From Camelus dromedarius (lineage: Eukaryota): DNA of 64,000 nucleotides. The DNA is taken from contig NC_087436.1 of assembly GCF_036321535.1 (NCBI RefSeq), forward strand, positions 26,724,001-26,788,000, given 5' to 3'. Under the pieces are notes generated by a model, which worked only from the letters and a program-made list of their open reading frames with translations, did not search any database and was not told the origin of the DNA. The translations under genes and the position numbers were made by a program. Shown piece after piece: positions 51,963-63,760 of the stretch. How positions within the stretch are numbered: position 1 is the stretch's first letter; the number at the start of each line of letters is the position of its first letter.

Positions 51963-53042
51963 TGGGAAACCATGAACAGGGGGGGACAACCTATGGGAGT
52001 GGGAGAGAATTTTTGCAAGCGACGTCACCCACAGGAGATTAGTTTCCAGGATATGCGGACAGCTCATACAGCTCAATGTCAAGGAAGGGGACAGCCTGGT
52101 CAAGGAATGTGCGGAGGACCTAGGTGGATATTTCTCCAGGGAGGACATGCAGATGACCAACAGGCATGTGAGGGGTGCTCAACATTGCTAATTATTGGAA
52201 AGCTTCAAATCAAAACTACAATGAGGTATCACCTCACACCTGTCAGGAGGGCAATCATCAAAATGCTTGCAAGTAGTGAATACTGGAGAGGGTGTGAAGA
52301 GGGGAAAACCCTCCTACATTGCTGGTGGGAATGTGGATTGGTGCAGCCACTGTGGAGAGCAGTATAGAGGTTCCTTGGAGAACTAGAAATGGAGTTGTCA
52401 TATGATCCAGCAATCCCACTCCTGGGCATGTATCTTGATAAAACTCTAATCTAAGGGGATATATGCACCCAGTGTTCATGGCAGTGGTGTTTGCAATGGC
52501 CAAGACATGAAGCAACCTGGGTGTCCATCGACAGATGAATGGATGAAGAAGATGTGGTGTGTAAATGCAATGGAACATTGCTCAGCCCTGAAAAAGGATG
52601 GAATAATGCCATTTGTGGCAACACAGATGGACCTAGAGATTATGATGCTAAATGAAATGGATCAGACAAAGACAAGTATCATATGATGTCACTTACATGT
52701 GGAATATACAAAAGTGATAGAAATGAACTTGTTTGCAAAACAGAAATAGACTCACAGACATAGAAGCAAACTTATGGTTGCCAAAGGGGAAAGGGGGGTG
52801 TGGGGAGGTGGAATAATTTGGAATTTGGAATTAACAGATACACACTCCCACATGTAAAGTGGATAGACAACAGGGATCTACTGTGTAGCACAGGGAACTG
52901 TGTTCAGTACCTTGTGGTAACCTGTGGTGGAGGAAAACCTGAGAAGGAATACATACATGTGTGCACATATGTGCACTTTGCTGTACAACTGAAACACTGT
53001 AAGTCAACTATACTTCAATTTTAAAAAATGGGGAGAAAAAAA
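51963..53042 (+). mobile_element. 5'-truncated young-family L1 (ORF2 C-terminus, 3' UTR, A-tail) with dense A-to-G hypermutation
   Basis: Collinear with the L1s at 41833-42755, 33893-34367 and 62742-63257 but with A replaced by G throughout. Probable TSD aaaaaacagtag (51951-51962) / aaagaacagtgg (53040-53051). Confidence 0.92.
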
Positions 53043-55129
53043 GAACAGTGGCAATACTAAATACTGGCGAGAATGTGGAGAAACTGGATCTCTCAGTGCT
53101 GGGCATGTGCAATGATACAGATATTCTGGAAAATATTGTGTAATTTCTTTAAAAAAGTAAAACATGTACAACATGGCGTGGCCATCACTTTGGTGGGGGG
53201 GCATCTATTCTAGAAAAATGAAGTCATGTCTGCACAAAAACTTGTAAATAATTGTTCATATAAGTTTTATTTGTAATAGCCCCAAAATGGAAGCAATCAA
53301 AATGTCCTACTATAGGCAAACTTAAACAAACTGGTACGTTCATCCCATCAGAAACTACTTAGCAGTAATGAAGGCTGAAGTATTGATACACATAACAACT
53401 TGAATGGATGAGTACAAAAAACCAATCACAAAATTTCAAATGCTGTATGATTCCATCCTTGTAACATTTTTCAAATGATAAAATTATAGAGATGGAGAAC
53501 AAATCAGTCATCGCCAGAATTTAGGGATAGTGGGGTAAGAGGGCAGAGGTGATCATGATGTGTAGCATGAGAGAGATCTTTGTGAGGATGAAATAGTACT
53601 GCATCTTGATTGCAGTGGTGATAACATGAATATACCCATTTGATAAAATGACTGGAACTATTCATACACATTGTACCAATGCCAACTTCCTGGTTTAGAT
53701 ATTGCACTACACAGCGATGTAACCATTGGAAGAAACTGAGTGAAGAGTACATGGGGTCTCTGAAACTTCCTATATATCTATAATTATTTTAAAACAAACA
53801 AACAAAATTTAAAATTTAAAAGTACTTAATTTTAATATTTTATTTAAACCAATGTCCAAAATATTATTTCCCTGTATAATCAAAATAATAAGTATGAATG
53901 AAGAAAACTATTTCTCACATTATTTTTAAGTCTATTTTTTATCTACTCTGTTCCATTAATCCATGTGTGGATCCTCTCACTAATACCACACTATCTTGAT
54001 TATTGTAAATTTATTGTATGTCTTAGATCAGGTAGTGGTAGGTTTTTCAACTACTGGTGGACCTATTAATTCTGCAATCAGAAAACTTCAAAGCACTCAA
54101 GGAGATTTATTATATCTACACAATTGTACTCTGTACCAAAGACTTCAAGTTCACTTTGTTTTCTATTTTCTATCTCTGATTTCATCTAGCCTAATTGTCC
54201 AAAATAGCTCATTACAAGTTCTGTTATGAGACTAAATGACACATTTACATATTACAATAGTGAACTGCAAAAAAGTTGATAAAATTATAACATGAAGATA
54301 TGCACCAAATTTTAAAACAAACTATTTCTGATGATCAAACTTGTAAGCAAAGATTAATGTGAAAAAAAGGAAAGTTAAAGGAAACTCCAAAGCTATATTA
54401 TCTTCCCTCTTGTGAGTTACATTTAAAGAAATGTGGGCAATGTGGCCATATGTACCCGGGAAAACCACTGTGATACTGCTCAGTAGAAACTGAAATTTAG
54501 TACCATATATGTAAATCTTGAATTCTATCCAAGAGAGTGTAATCACTAAAGTCCCAAAAGACTTCAATTAGACCTATAATATACTCCCAAGAAGAGAATT
54601 AAAATAGATTTTCAACTTCTTTTGAATTTAATTTTACAAAATACATCAAATAGAAGTTACGAGTAAATTGATCTGACATAAAAATTTTACGTGAGTACAA
54701 AAATAATAGTAAGAAATGATATTTTGTTTTCTTTACTGGCTTTCTCCCTTAATTTTTCAACTTCCAATCTCTGGAGACCTGGGTTAGTGATGGAATAAGA
54801 ATGCTCAGCACATAGGTATGGGAATCAATAATTATATAATTAGAACTGATTTATATCAACTATTATATAACAGCATTGTTAAAATTATAGTACCCTTTAA
54901 ATATGTTTGCCAACTTCTTTGACATTCTTTCTTTCAAAGAAGTAGCAAACTGTAGGCTCAGTAATTCCAACATGGTATACCACATCTCTGAGTAAAAACA
55001 AACAAATATGATACTGAGCCAACTGATCTTGGAATGTTAAACTTTTGGGTATCAAAGAAACTCCATATGATGTTTTGAAGAATATTTAAATACTTATTCT
55101 ATAATCTTATTACTTCATTTATTTATAGA

Positions 55130-56545
55130 TCAGTGGAAGAGAAGAGAACCCACAAGTAAAGCCTAACAAATAAGTACAACTAACTTTGACAAAGATGTTA
55201 AAGCACAGGTCAGTGGAGAAGGAATAGTAATTATTTCAACAAATAGTGCTGAAACAAATTAGATATCCGTAGACAAAGTGAAATGAAACAAAGGTTTTGA
55301 CCTAAACACTCACACCTTATACAAATGAATCACTGACATAAATGTAAAAGATAACACTATACCTTTTAGAAATAAAGATAAGAAACCTTCAGCCTGGGTC
55401 TAGGTGAAGAGTTCTTAGAATTGGCATCAAAAAGTGGCACATAAAAGAAAAAATATATATACTGGACCTCATCAAAATTAAAATTTTTGCTCTACAAAAG
55501 ACCATCTGGAGAAATTGAAAAGACAAACTAGAAATTGAGAGAAAATTTTCACAAGCCATATATATCTGACAATAGTCTTGTATCTAAAATATATAAAGAG
55601 CTCTCCACATTCAACAATTAAAGAAAGATAGAATTCAAAAATGGTCAAAAGATATGAACAGATGTTTCAACAGAGAAAATATACAGATGAAAAAGAGTTT
55701 CATCATTTATGTGCAAAATGTCAATTAAAACCACAGTGAGATGAATATACACCTTTTACAAAGTCAAAAAGGATGATAATACAAAACGCTGGTAAGGAAG
55801 CAGAGAAACGACCCCTCGTACATACATGGCTGATAGGAATGCTAAATGATGTACAGCTGCTATGGAAAAAGGTATGACAGTTTCTTACAAAACTAATTAT
55901 GTGCCTACCATGGGACTGAGCAACTGCACTCCAGTGCATTTAGCCCAGAGAAATAAAACTTATACCCACTCAATATCTGGACACAATTCACATATTTTTA
56001 AAGTAGTGAATATTTAAACTGTGGTGCATTTAAATCACGAAACACTACTCAGTAATAATTTTTTAAAAAGAGCTATCAATTCATGCACAAAAACTTTAAT
56101 GACTCTCAGGAATTATGTTAAGGGAAAAAAAGCCAATTTCAAAAGATTATATACTAAATGATTTTAATTGTGTAACAGGCTTGAAATGACAAAAGTACAA
56201 GATGGAGAACAGAGTAAGGTGATTGGTCAGGGGCAGGGTTCAAGGAGGTTGTTGTAACTATAAAACGGTTGTAGAAAGAATTCTTGTGATAGAACTCTAC
56301 TGTATCCTGACTTTGCTGGTGATCACAAGAATGTACATATATGGTAAGATTATATGGAACACACACATACACACACAGGAGTGAGTGCATATAAAACTGG
56401 TGGAATCTAAAGCAGGTCTCTGACTTATATCAATGTCAGTTTATTAGCTATAATATTATAATACAGTTACACAAGATAACATCTTTGGGGGAAACTAGGT
56501 GAAAGGTATATCTGATCTCTATTTTTTTTTTTTACAAATGCAATT
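55130..56545 (+). mobile_element. Old L1MC/MD-type ORF2 3' half and 3' UTR
   Basis: 'ctggacctcatcaaaattaaaatttttgctctacaaaagac', 'aattaaaaccacagtgagatg', 'gtttcttacaaaactaa', and a 3' UTR 'gttacacaagataacatctttgggggaaactagg'. Confidence 0.8.
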
Positions 56546-57309
56546 GAATCTAAAGTCATCTCAATGCAAAAATATTAAAATAGATGGGAATTAAAATTAC
56601 AGAGGTAAAAATCAGTATACCTTTTAAATATGTTGTCATATATCTGGTCTTTTGAAATGTGGAGAAAAGACACTTCCTTCTGTTTTAAGGTTAATGACAA
56701 TGTTTAATAAAAAATAAATTTTCTTAGTATATTACTACTAATTCTAGAAAAAAATTTTCAGTCTAAGACATACTTTTCCAACTGTTCTTTCTAACTCTAA
56801 ACATGCTTTAGCATATTTCCCAGTAATTGATTTATTTATGCCATGAGAGTATTTCCATCACATAATGTTAAATGATATAATTTAACATAGCAATATGGAA
56901 GTTCAAAAAAAGTGTCAAAATATTAGATTCCTATGCATAACAACATTTTTTGTGTTTATGGTATAATTGCCTTTTTTCAAATATATAAAGAAACTATTAA
57001 AATAACAAACTTGGCAAGTTTCTTAAAATTAAAAATACGTTCTAAACTATCATCATAATGCTAATAAAATTCAGAATTTTAATTAATAGGAATTTCAAAA
57101 TAGAAATAAATATTAGAAAGTGATTATTAAAAACTTTTGAATCATCAAGGGAATATCCATAAAAGAGCTTTAAAAATGTCAGTTAACAATTCAACTATAA
57201 ATTCCATTTGTCATTCTGGTTAGCAAAAACGTCTCTTCTTAGAATAAGTGACATTTCTTAGTTTCTTTTTAGAAGAAATGAAATTAGATGTTGAATAATG
57301 AAATTAGAT

Positions 57310-57420
57310 GTGCATTGTTGAATTGTAGGGCCTCTTTGCAAGCCAATACCCAGGTTCTACTACAGTGTCTGCGCATGGTTGGTACACAATTAATATTTGT
57401 TGACAAATGAATGAACAAGC
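57310..57420 (+). mobile_element. L2 3' end
   Basis: 'tacccaggttctactacagtgtctgcgcatggttggtacacaattaatatttgttgacaaatgaatgaa'. Confidence 0.7.
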
Positions 57421-57649
57421 TGATGTAAATATTTAGGTTCATCCTTACTGGACTGGTATTTGAGATCTTCTTCAGTTTTCCCAAAAACAATCTTCAATTT
57501 ATTGACTGTGTTTTCAGTTATTCCTTGCCCTCTTTTAAATGAATCATTCTTCTTACTTGTACCTAGTTTAACTCTTTACTTGTAACATGGTTACATTTTC
57601 TCCTACAGGAGGTATAGGTAGCAACGCTATCTGTGTTTTGATTTACTAT

Positions 57650-58080
57650 TCACTGCCAATTAGACTGCTTTCAGTAGCAACTAACAGAAAACCCAAGCAA
57701 ATCATCTCAAATAATCAAGAGGATTTAATGGGTCATTCAACTGAAAGGGCTATGTGTAGTTCAGAAAACAGGCATGATTTGATCTGGAATCTGGGTTCAT
57801 TTTCCTCCAGTTCTCATGTTGCCCCTCTGTGGATATTGGCTTCATATTCAGTTTGAATTTTCATAGTTGAAGGTATCCGGAGAGAGCATTTACCCTCAAT
57901 ACAGGGAAACAAATTCCAAAGCTTTGTGCTTACTGAACCACTATTCATTCACTGCTTAGCATCTGTGGAATTATATACAGTAATTAGATTAGTTCTGGCT
58001 ACCTTAAAAATATGATTGACTCTGATCTTGAGTGACTGGGACCCCATGTCACACTTAAAAAAGAATGTGTAGTTAATCCT
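57650..58080. mobile_element. Very old MLT1J/K-like LTR remnant
   Basis: 'aattagactgctttcagtagcaactaacagaaaaccca' start and a 'tgattgactctgatcttgagtgac' MLT1-like core. Confidence 0.5.
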
Positions 58081-58831
58081 AACTGTATGTTTTATAAGGA
58101 GGGAGTTTAGAAGTGATTGCTGTAATGGTATTTGCTGTATATTTTGTATCTGTTTCTTAATCAGAGAGACAAAGTGAGCCATGAAGTTCAAACAGATTAT
58201 TGGTGAGAATTGGTTTCAGTGTTATAGCTCTAATCCTTGAGCAACTGTTTGGGTAACAGGGTTTTCTCTGTGAAGAGTTGAGAAGATATAGATGAAAAAC
58301 AAAAAGAAAAAAGAAAATAATGTGATTGAAATTACTGTGTATCTCAGTTGCTGATGCTGTCAGGATTTTGTGACGACCGTGTTACTTTTGTTTATGAATA
58401 TTTGATGCTATATATGAAACACTACACTGAGACTCTTAGAGCAGATGAAGAGTGAATCTAACAGAAAGTGAAAAAGAAAACTTTCAACTCCTCTACGCTT
58501 CAAAAATAAACACACAAACTTCAATAAGATATCATATTCCCTCCAGACTCCAACTATGCCCCCACTAAGATATTTGGGTACAAACAAATTACCAAAAGAA
58601 ATAAGGATACATACTTTGGAATAGGCACAGAAACAAAAATGATTTTATAATTACCAGTATACAATTTTTAAACAATCAATCAGAATAGAAAATATGGAGC
58701 TAGAGCAGGGTTTAAGAACTGAATTGAACATTTCTTTCCTTCATTTTGGTGCATTAAGAAGGTAAGAATTTGGGTCATACTGTAAAGTGGGGCTCAGGAG
58801 GTAAGTCCAGAAATGGGTATTCATTTTTGGC

Positions 58832-58892
58832 AAAAAATGAAATGAGGAAAAAAAATGAAATGAGAAATGAGGGAAAAAAAATGAAATGAGAA
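58832..58892. repeat. Degenerate (A)n-ATGAAATGAG minisatellite
   Basis: Repeated aaaatgaaatgag units. Confidence 0.8.
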
Positions 58893-59184
58893 TAAATATA
58901 TGAGATCCAAAGAGGGAGAAAAGTTAGAAGGCACCAAAGAGGTCAGAGCAACCGAAAAGGCTAAAGAGAAGTCTGACCTAGAGAAATTACAGAAATACAA
59001 TTTGTTTTTGGCAGGTTTCAATGAAAAGGCACAGTGGGATCAGTGACATCTGTTTGATGATTTTTTTTTAATGGACTGAGCATGCGCAATTGAGCCCCTT
59101 CTAAACTTTAATTTGCCTGAGCCAGGAACAGATTTGTTTCCTTTCATCTCCCAGTCAACGTTCTCAGCAAGGTTTCTCTTTTCT

Positions 59185-60525
59185 AGTAGTTGATAAACTG
59201 ATTCTAAAACATACATGAAAATAATAGCTGAAAAAATTTTGAAAAAGAATAGAGTTGAAGAATTTTGCTACTGAATTTCAAGACTTCTTACAAAGCTACT
59301 GTGTACTAATGGTGAAAGCACGGACAAGTCTACTAATGGAACAGAAGGGCATCCAGAATAAACTTAATACATGGTAATTTTTTTAAACAAATGTGCTAAG
59401 CTAATTTAATAAGGAAAGATTAGACTTTCCATCAAGTGGTGATAGGTAGACTAATATCCAACATATGTAAAAAAAAAGTATGGACCAGTATTTCATATCG
59501 TTCAAAAAATTAACTTCAGATTGATCATATAGCTAAATGTATATTAAAGAGATTTCAGAAAAAATAAGGTAATATCTGGGGACACAAAAAGCACTAACAA
59601 TAAAAGAAACAGAAATAATGCATCAGACCTCATCAAAACTAAAAACTGTTTTTCAAAAGATCATTAATAAAAAGAAAAGTACAGTAGTTGCCATATAAAT
59701 ATCTGATAAAATCCTGTATCCAGAATTTATTGAAAATCATCAATAGAATGACAATCCGATAAATATACAGAATTACTTGGGGAAAAAAAAACTTCAAAAA
59801 AGAAAACTTATAAATGGCCCATGAAAAGATACTCAACATGATTAGCCTCTATGAAAATTAAAACCACAATAAGATACAACTTCCGCTCACCAGGAATATT
59901 GAAAATAATGCCAAGTATTTTAGAGGATGTAAGAGTATAAAATTATTTATAAAAATTTGGAAAGCAGTTTTATGCTTTCTTATAAAGTTAAGTATACACC
60001 TAAAAAATGACCCAGTAATTACATTCCTAAGTGTTTACTACAAAGGAATAACATACATGCACAGAAATGTTCACAGTATCTTTAAACATAGTCACTAAAA
60101 ATTGGCAAATGACTATCCATCTTCAGGTAAATGGATATATTTATACAATGGAATACTACCTAACAATTTAAAGGAGCAAACTACTACTTTTCTAGAAGCA
60201 TAAATAAAGAATATAATTTGGTTGAGTGACAGAAGTCTGACACCCAATAAAATATGCACTGCATGTTTTCTAGTTAATATTAAGTTCTGGCCAGACAGAA
60301 CTAAGATTTGATTAAAAAATATCAAATCAGTGGTTGTGTGGGTTTGAGGATTAGAAAGATAGACTTCAAAGATAGTGTAAGAAACTTTTGTGGATAACTG
60401 AAAGTTTATGTATCTTGATTAGGGTGGTGCTTAAATAAAGGCATATATTTGTCAATACACATTAATCTGTACACTTAAAAATCTATGCACTTTATTTTAC
60501 GAAAGTTCATAGCTCAATGAACTGA
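59185..60525 (+). mobile_element. Old L1ME-type ORF2 3' half and 3' UTR
   Basis: 'ttgataaactgattctaaaac', 'ttcaagacttcttacaaagctac', 'aaaagatactcaacatgattag', 'caatggaatactac', 'gtacacttaaaatctatgcactttatt'. Confidence 0.8.
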
Positions 60526-61695
60526 TTACAAGATAAACAAAAATGATTTTGTGAAACTTCGATGTTGTGAGTTACAGAGTTGTAATTCTTTGTCACACAG
60601 TAGCCTAACAGGATTTTACAAAATGCAAACAAACTGGGAAGCTTGAAAACAATGAGTATTAGAAGGAAAAGATTTTACACACTTTATAGTTTATAAATTA
60701 TTTTCAAATGCTTTAGAGTTTCAGAGGCTTCTAGGATGTCATTGTTGGCAGACAGCAGAAGCAGAAGAAAAAAGGAAAATGCATAGAATAATATGATGTA
60801 TTTTTATTTGCTTTATAAATTACTTGGGATTTGAAAACATACAAGTAATATTAATAAGAATGACTAGATCTTTTGAGTATTAAGTCAGACAGGCATTTTA
60901 CTTCAAAACATGTCATGCTTGACTAAGGATAAGTGAACTCTCTAGCTAAAAGATCAAGTTTAGTTTGAAATTATGACCCTGTAAAATTTATGAATTTTGT
61001 AAAACATCTTCTCTCAGATATACCCCTACTTCTCCTTTCACTCTCTCTCTCCCTCACTTCCTCTTTTTCTCAATAATATAAATTTTTATCCATAAATCTG
61101 TGTTCTTATTTTAGTGTAATTTATATATAATACCATGCTGCTGTTTTTTAAATTTATAATGATTCATTATTATAAAGTATAACTTTACTTGTTTCTTTGG
61201 GTTCCTGGAAATAAATTTGTGTTTGAAGTATTTTGTCCTATTTTTCCTCCTGACAAGGCGAAGCTTATAGGTGCAACTACCTATAAGCACGTATCCTGAG
61301 ATAAGTTTCTGCCTCTGGGCAGAGATCCCAGCAGCGCTGCTCTATGTACAGTTAATGGACCATATCATAAAGACACATATTTTTAGACAATAAAAACTGA
61401 TGGGTGCACAAATGTTTGCAATATTTAGGTAGAACTTTGGTCACGAGTATTCTGACCCTGGCCATCTGGGTACATAAATATGGATGTAGACCATTTTTGT
61501 AAACATATTTTGCCTTTTTGATGATGAGTAGATTTGTTTTCAGCAGGTAAGGTGTTCAGAAGCACAGTCTGCTTCCCTTAAGCGCTACCAATACAATATG
61601 CATTTAAGTTGCTTATGTGCAGTCTTGAGCAATAGACTCTAAAAGCGACACAATTTTGATTGAAATTAAAAATAACTTTAATGTTATTTTGGTGC

Positions 61696-61715
61696 TGTGT
61701 GTGTGTGTGTGTGTG
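61696..61715. repeat. (TG)n microsatellite
   Basis: Direct reading. Confidence 0.9.
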
Positions 61716-62741
61716 GTGTGATTTTAGCGTGTCAGATTTTACCTGACAATAACTTTTTTATTGAAAAAATCTGAAACTAATGCTATTGTGAGCAACACTG
61801 ACTACCATTAACTACTGCATAGTGTGTTTTCGATAATTAAATTAATAAACATGTAATCCTTTAAAGTTAAAGCATAAACAAATACTATGCTCTCTTATTC
61901 CATGCTATGACAGGCGTTTATGTTTAAGGCTGCCACTTTTGAATTTCACTGAATGTGAACAAAGCAAAACCATCAAAAGGATACTCTTCCTTTACAATTG
62001 TTAGTATCGGCTCAAAAACTATGTCTTTCATCATATTTAAATAAAACTGTCACTTTGGAAAATTAGATTATTAATTTTCACAAGGCATGAATCTCAACCT
62101 TTGTGGTACTTTTTCAATATAATCATTAAGAGAAAGTTCATGAATACTTAATGAAAAAGAGGCATTTGCATCATATAAATACCTTCAATCTCCTGTTCTG
62201 TATGCAGTGGTTGCACTACCATCTGGCAAAGGTTTCAGTTGACTGAAGCTAAAGCAATAAATTAATACAGCAAAAGATGCTACCAACAGTTTTAAGCCAA
62301 TTAAAATGCTTGAAGCTGACTCAATGCATGTTAAAATGTTATGTCTGTTTCTGCCAATAGCCATGTATAAAGAAATATAATAAGCCAACAATAGCTGAAG
62401 GAAAGTTAGCAGGAGTCAAGGGTGCTCTTCATTGTGGGCACTTAGAGCAAAGGCTCATACAATTAAAAAGTGAATACTGGCATGTGCCACCCTCCTTACC
62501 ACACCACCCTATCTCTCAGGTGAAGGGTAAAATTTCCTGTTTATTTTTATTGAACATATTAATACTTTTGTATTTCAAATAACAAAGTTTGATGTTTCAT
62601 GTCTCTGAGAAACTTGTACTGATTGGGATCTATTTGTGGAAAACAAATATTTAATTTCCCAAATTTCCAGACAGCACTACTGGATTAAACAGAAGATAGA
62701 TATCAGCTGCAAAATGACTTTGGAAAGAAAGTATTTTTTCC

Positions 62742-63257
62742 AGTTTATTTATTTTTTTTAATTTTTTAAATTGAAGTATAGATTGTTTACAACATTTCAA
62801 GTGTACAGCAGTGATTGTTATATATATATTTATTTATATATATATATAATCTTTTTCAGATTCTTCTCCATTATAGTTTATTACAAGATATTGAATATAA
62901 TTCCCTACACTATACATTAGGTCCTTGTTGTTTTATATATAGTCGTGCGTAATCCCAAATTCCAAATTCATCTCCCCTACCCCTTTTCTCTTTGGTAACC
63001 ATAAGTTTGTTTTTTGTGGCAAGTCTATTTCTGTTTTGTAAATAAGTTCATTTGTATCATTTTTTTTTAGATTCCACATATAAGTGATATCATATATTTC
63101 TCTTTTTCTGTCTGACTTACTTCACTTAGTATGGTAATATCTAGGTCCATCCATGCTGCTGCAAATGGCATTATTCCATTCTTTTTATGGTTGAGTAGTA
63201 TTCCATTGTTTGTATATACCACATCTTCTTTATCCATCCATCTGCTGATAGACATTA
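62742..63257 (-). mobile_element. Young L1 3' end
   Basis: Poly-T followed by 'ttgaagtatag'. ORF MDKEDVVY.../IMPFAAAWMDLDITILSEVSQTEKEKYMISLICGI is the ORF2 C-terminus. Confidence 0.92.
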
Positions 63258-63760
63258 ATTGCTATTGTTTTAAAGCTAGTTTTTATTTTTGAATGTAGAT
63301 GGATAAAAGCAAGCAAATGAATATTTTATTATAATCTTTCAATACATAGGTGATCCCATAAGATCATTTAAGACTGGAAAAGCAACAGATTTCTTGTGTT
63401 TCATATATGAGACAGTAAATGTTATCTCTCATTACAATTTTCATTTGTAAACATGAACAACTTTCTAAGTTCACATTTCTAAGGCTGGTAATGTGTACCT
63501 TAAATTCTGATTATAAATAAAATCCATGGGTCTTGGTGGTGGGGGGTTAGTTATATAATTTTTCTGAGAAGTGTGGTCTGTTTGATTGCTATTTATCCTT
63601 ATCATCATAATTTTCAGTTAAATATAAATATTCTTAAAGCCCAATTTGTTGATTCAGTCTTTCAATTATGTGGGCAATTTTAGAGACACTAACATAAATT
63701 AAAAGAACCAGAAATTCCTAAATACTATCTATCTATCATCTAAAAATCATCTTTTTTATA

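Larger units (their letters stand above)
50870..53800 (+). mobile_element. Older L1 (L1MB/MC-type) ORF2 3' half and 3' UTR, hosting two nested insertions
   Basis: 'atggaacagaatagagaacccagaaatagacccacac'...'aaaaaatgggcaaaaacatgaaaagacatttcac'. It resumes at ~53052 'caatactaaatactggcgagaatgtggagaaactgg'. Confidence 0.85.

Noticed and set aside
51963..53042. APOBEC3 editing as the cause of the L1 skew
   Set aside because: APOBEC3 gives G>A on the sense strand. Here several independent sibling copies and the ORF2 protein frame show that A is ancestral and G is derived.
59076..59090. gagcatgcgc as an NRF1 site or promoter
   Set aside because: A single imperfect motif with no CpG island or other promoter features.
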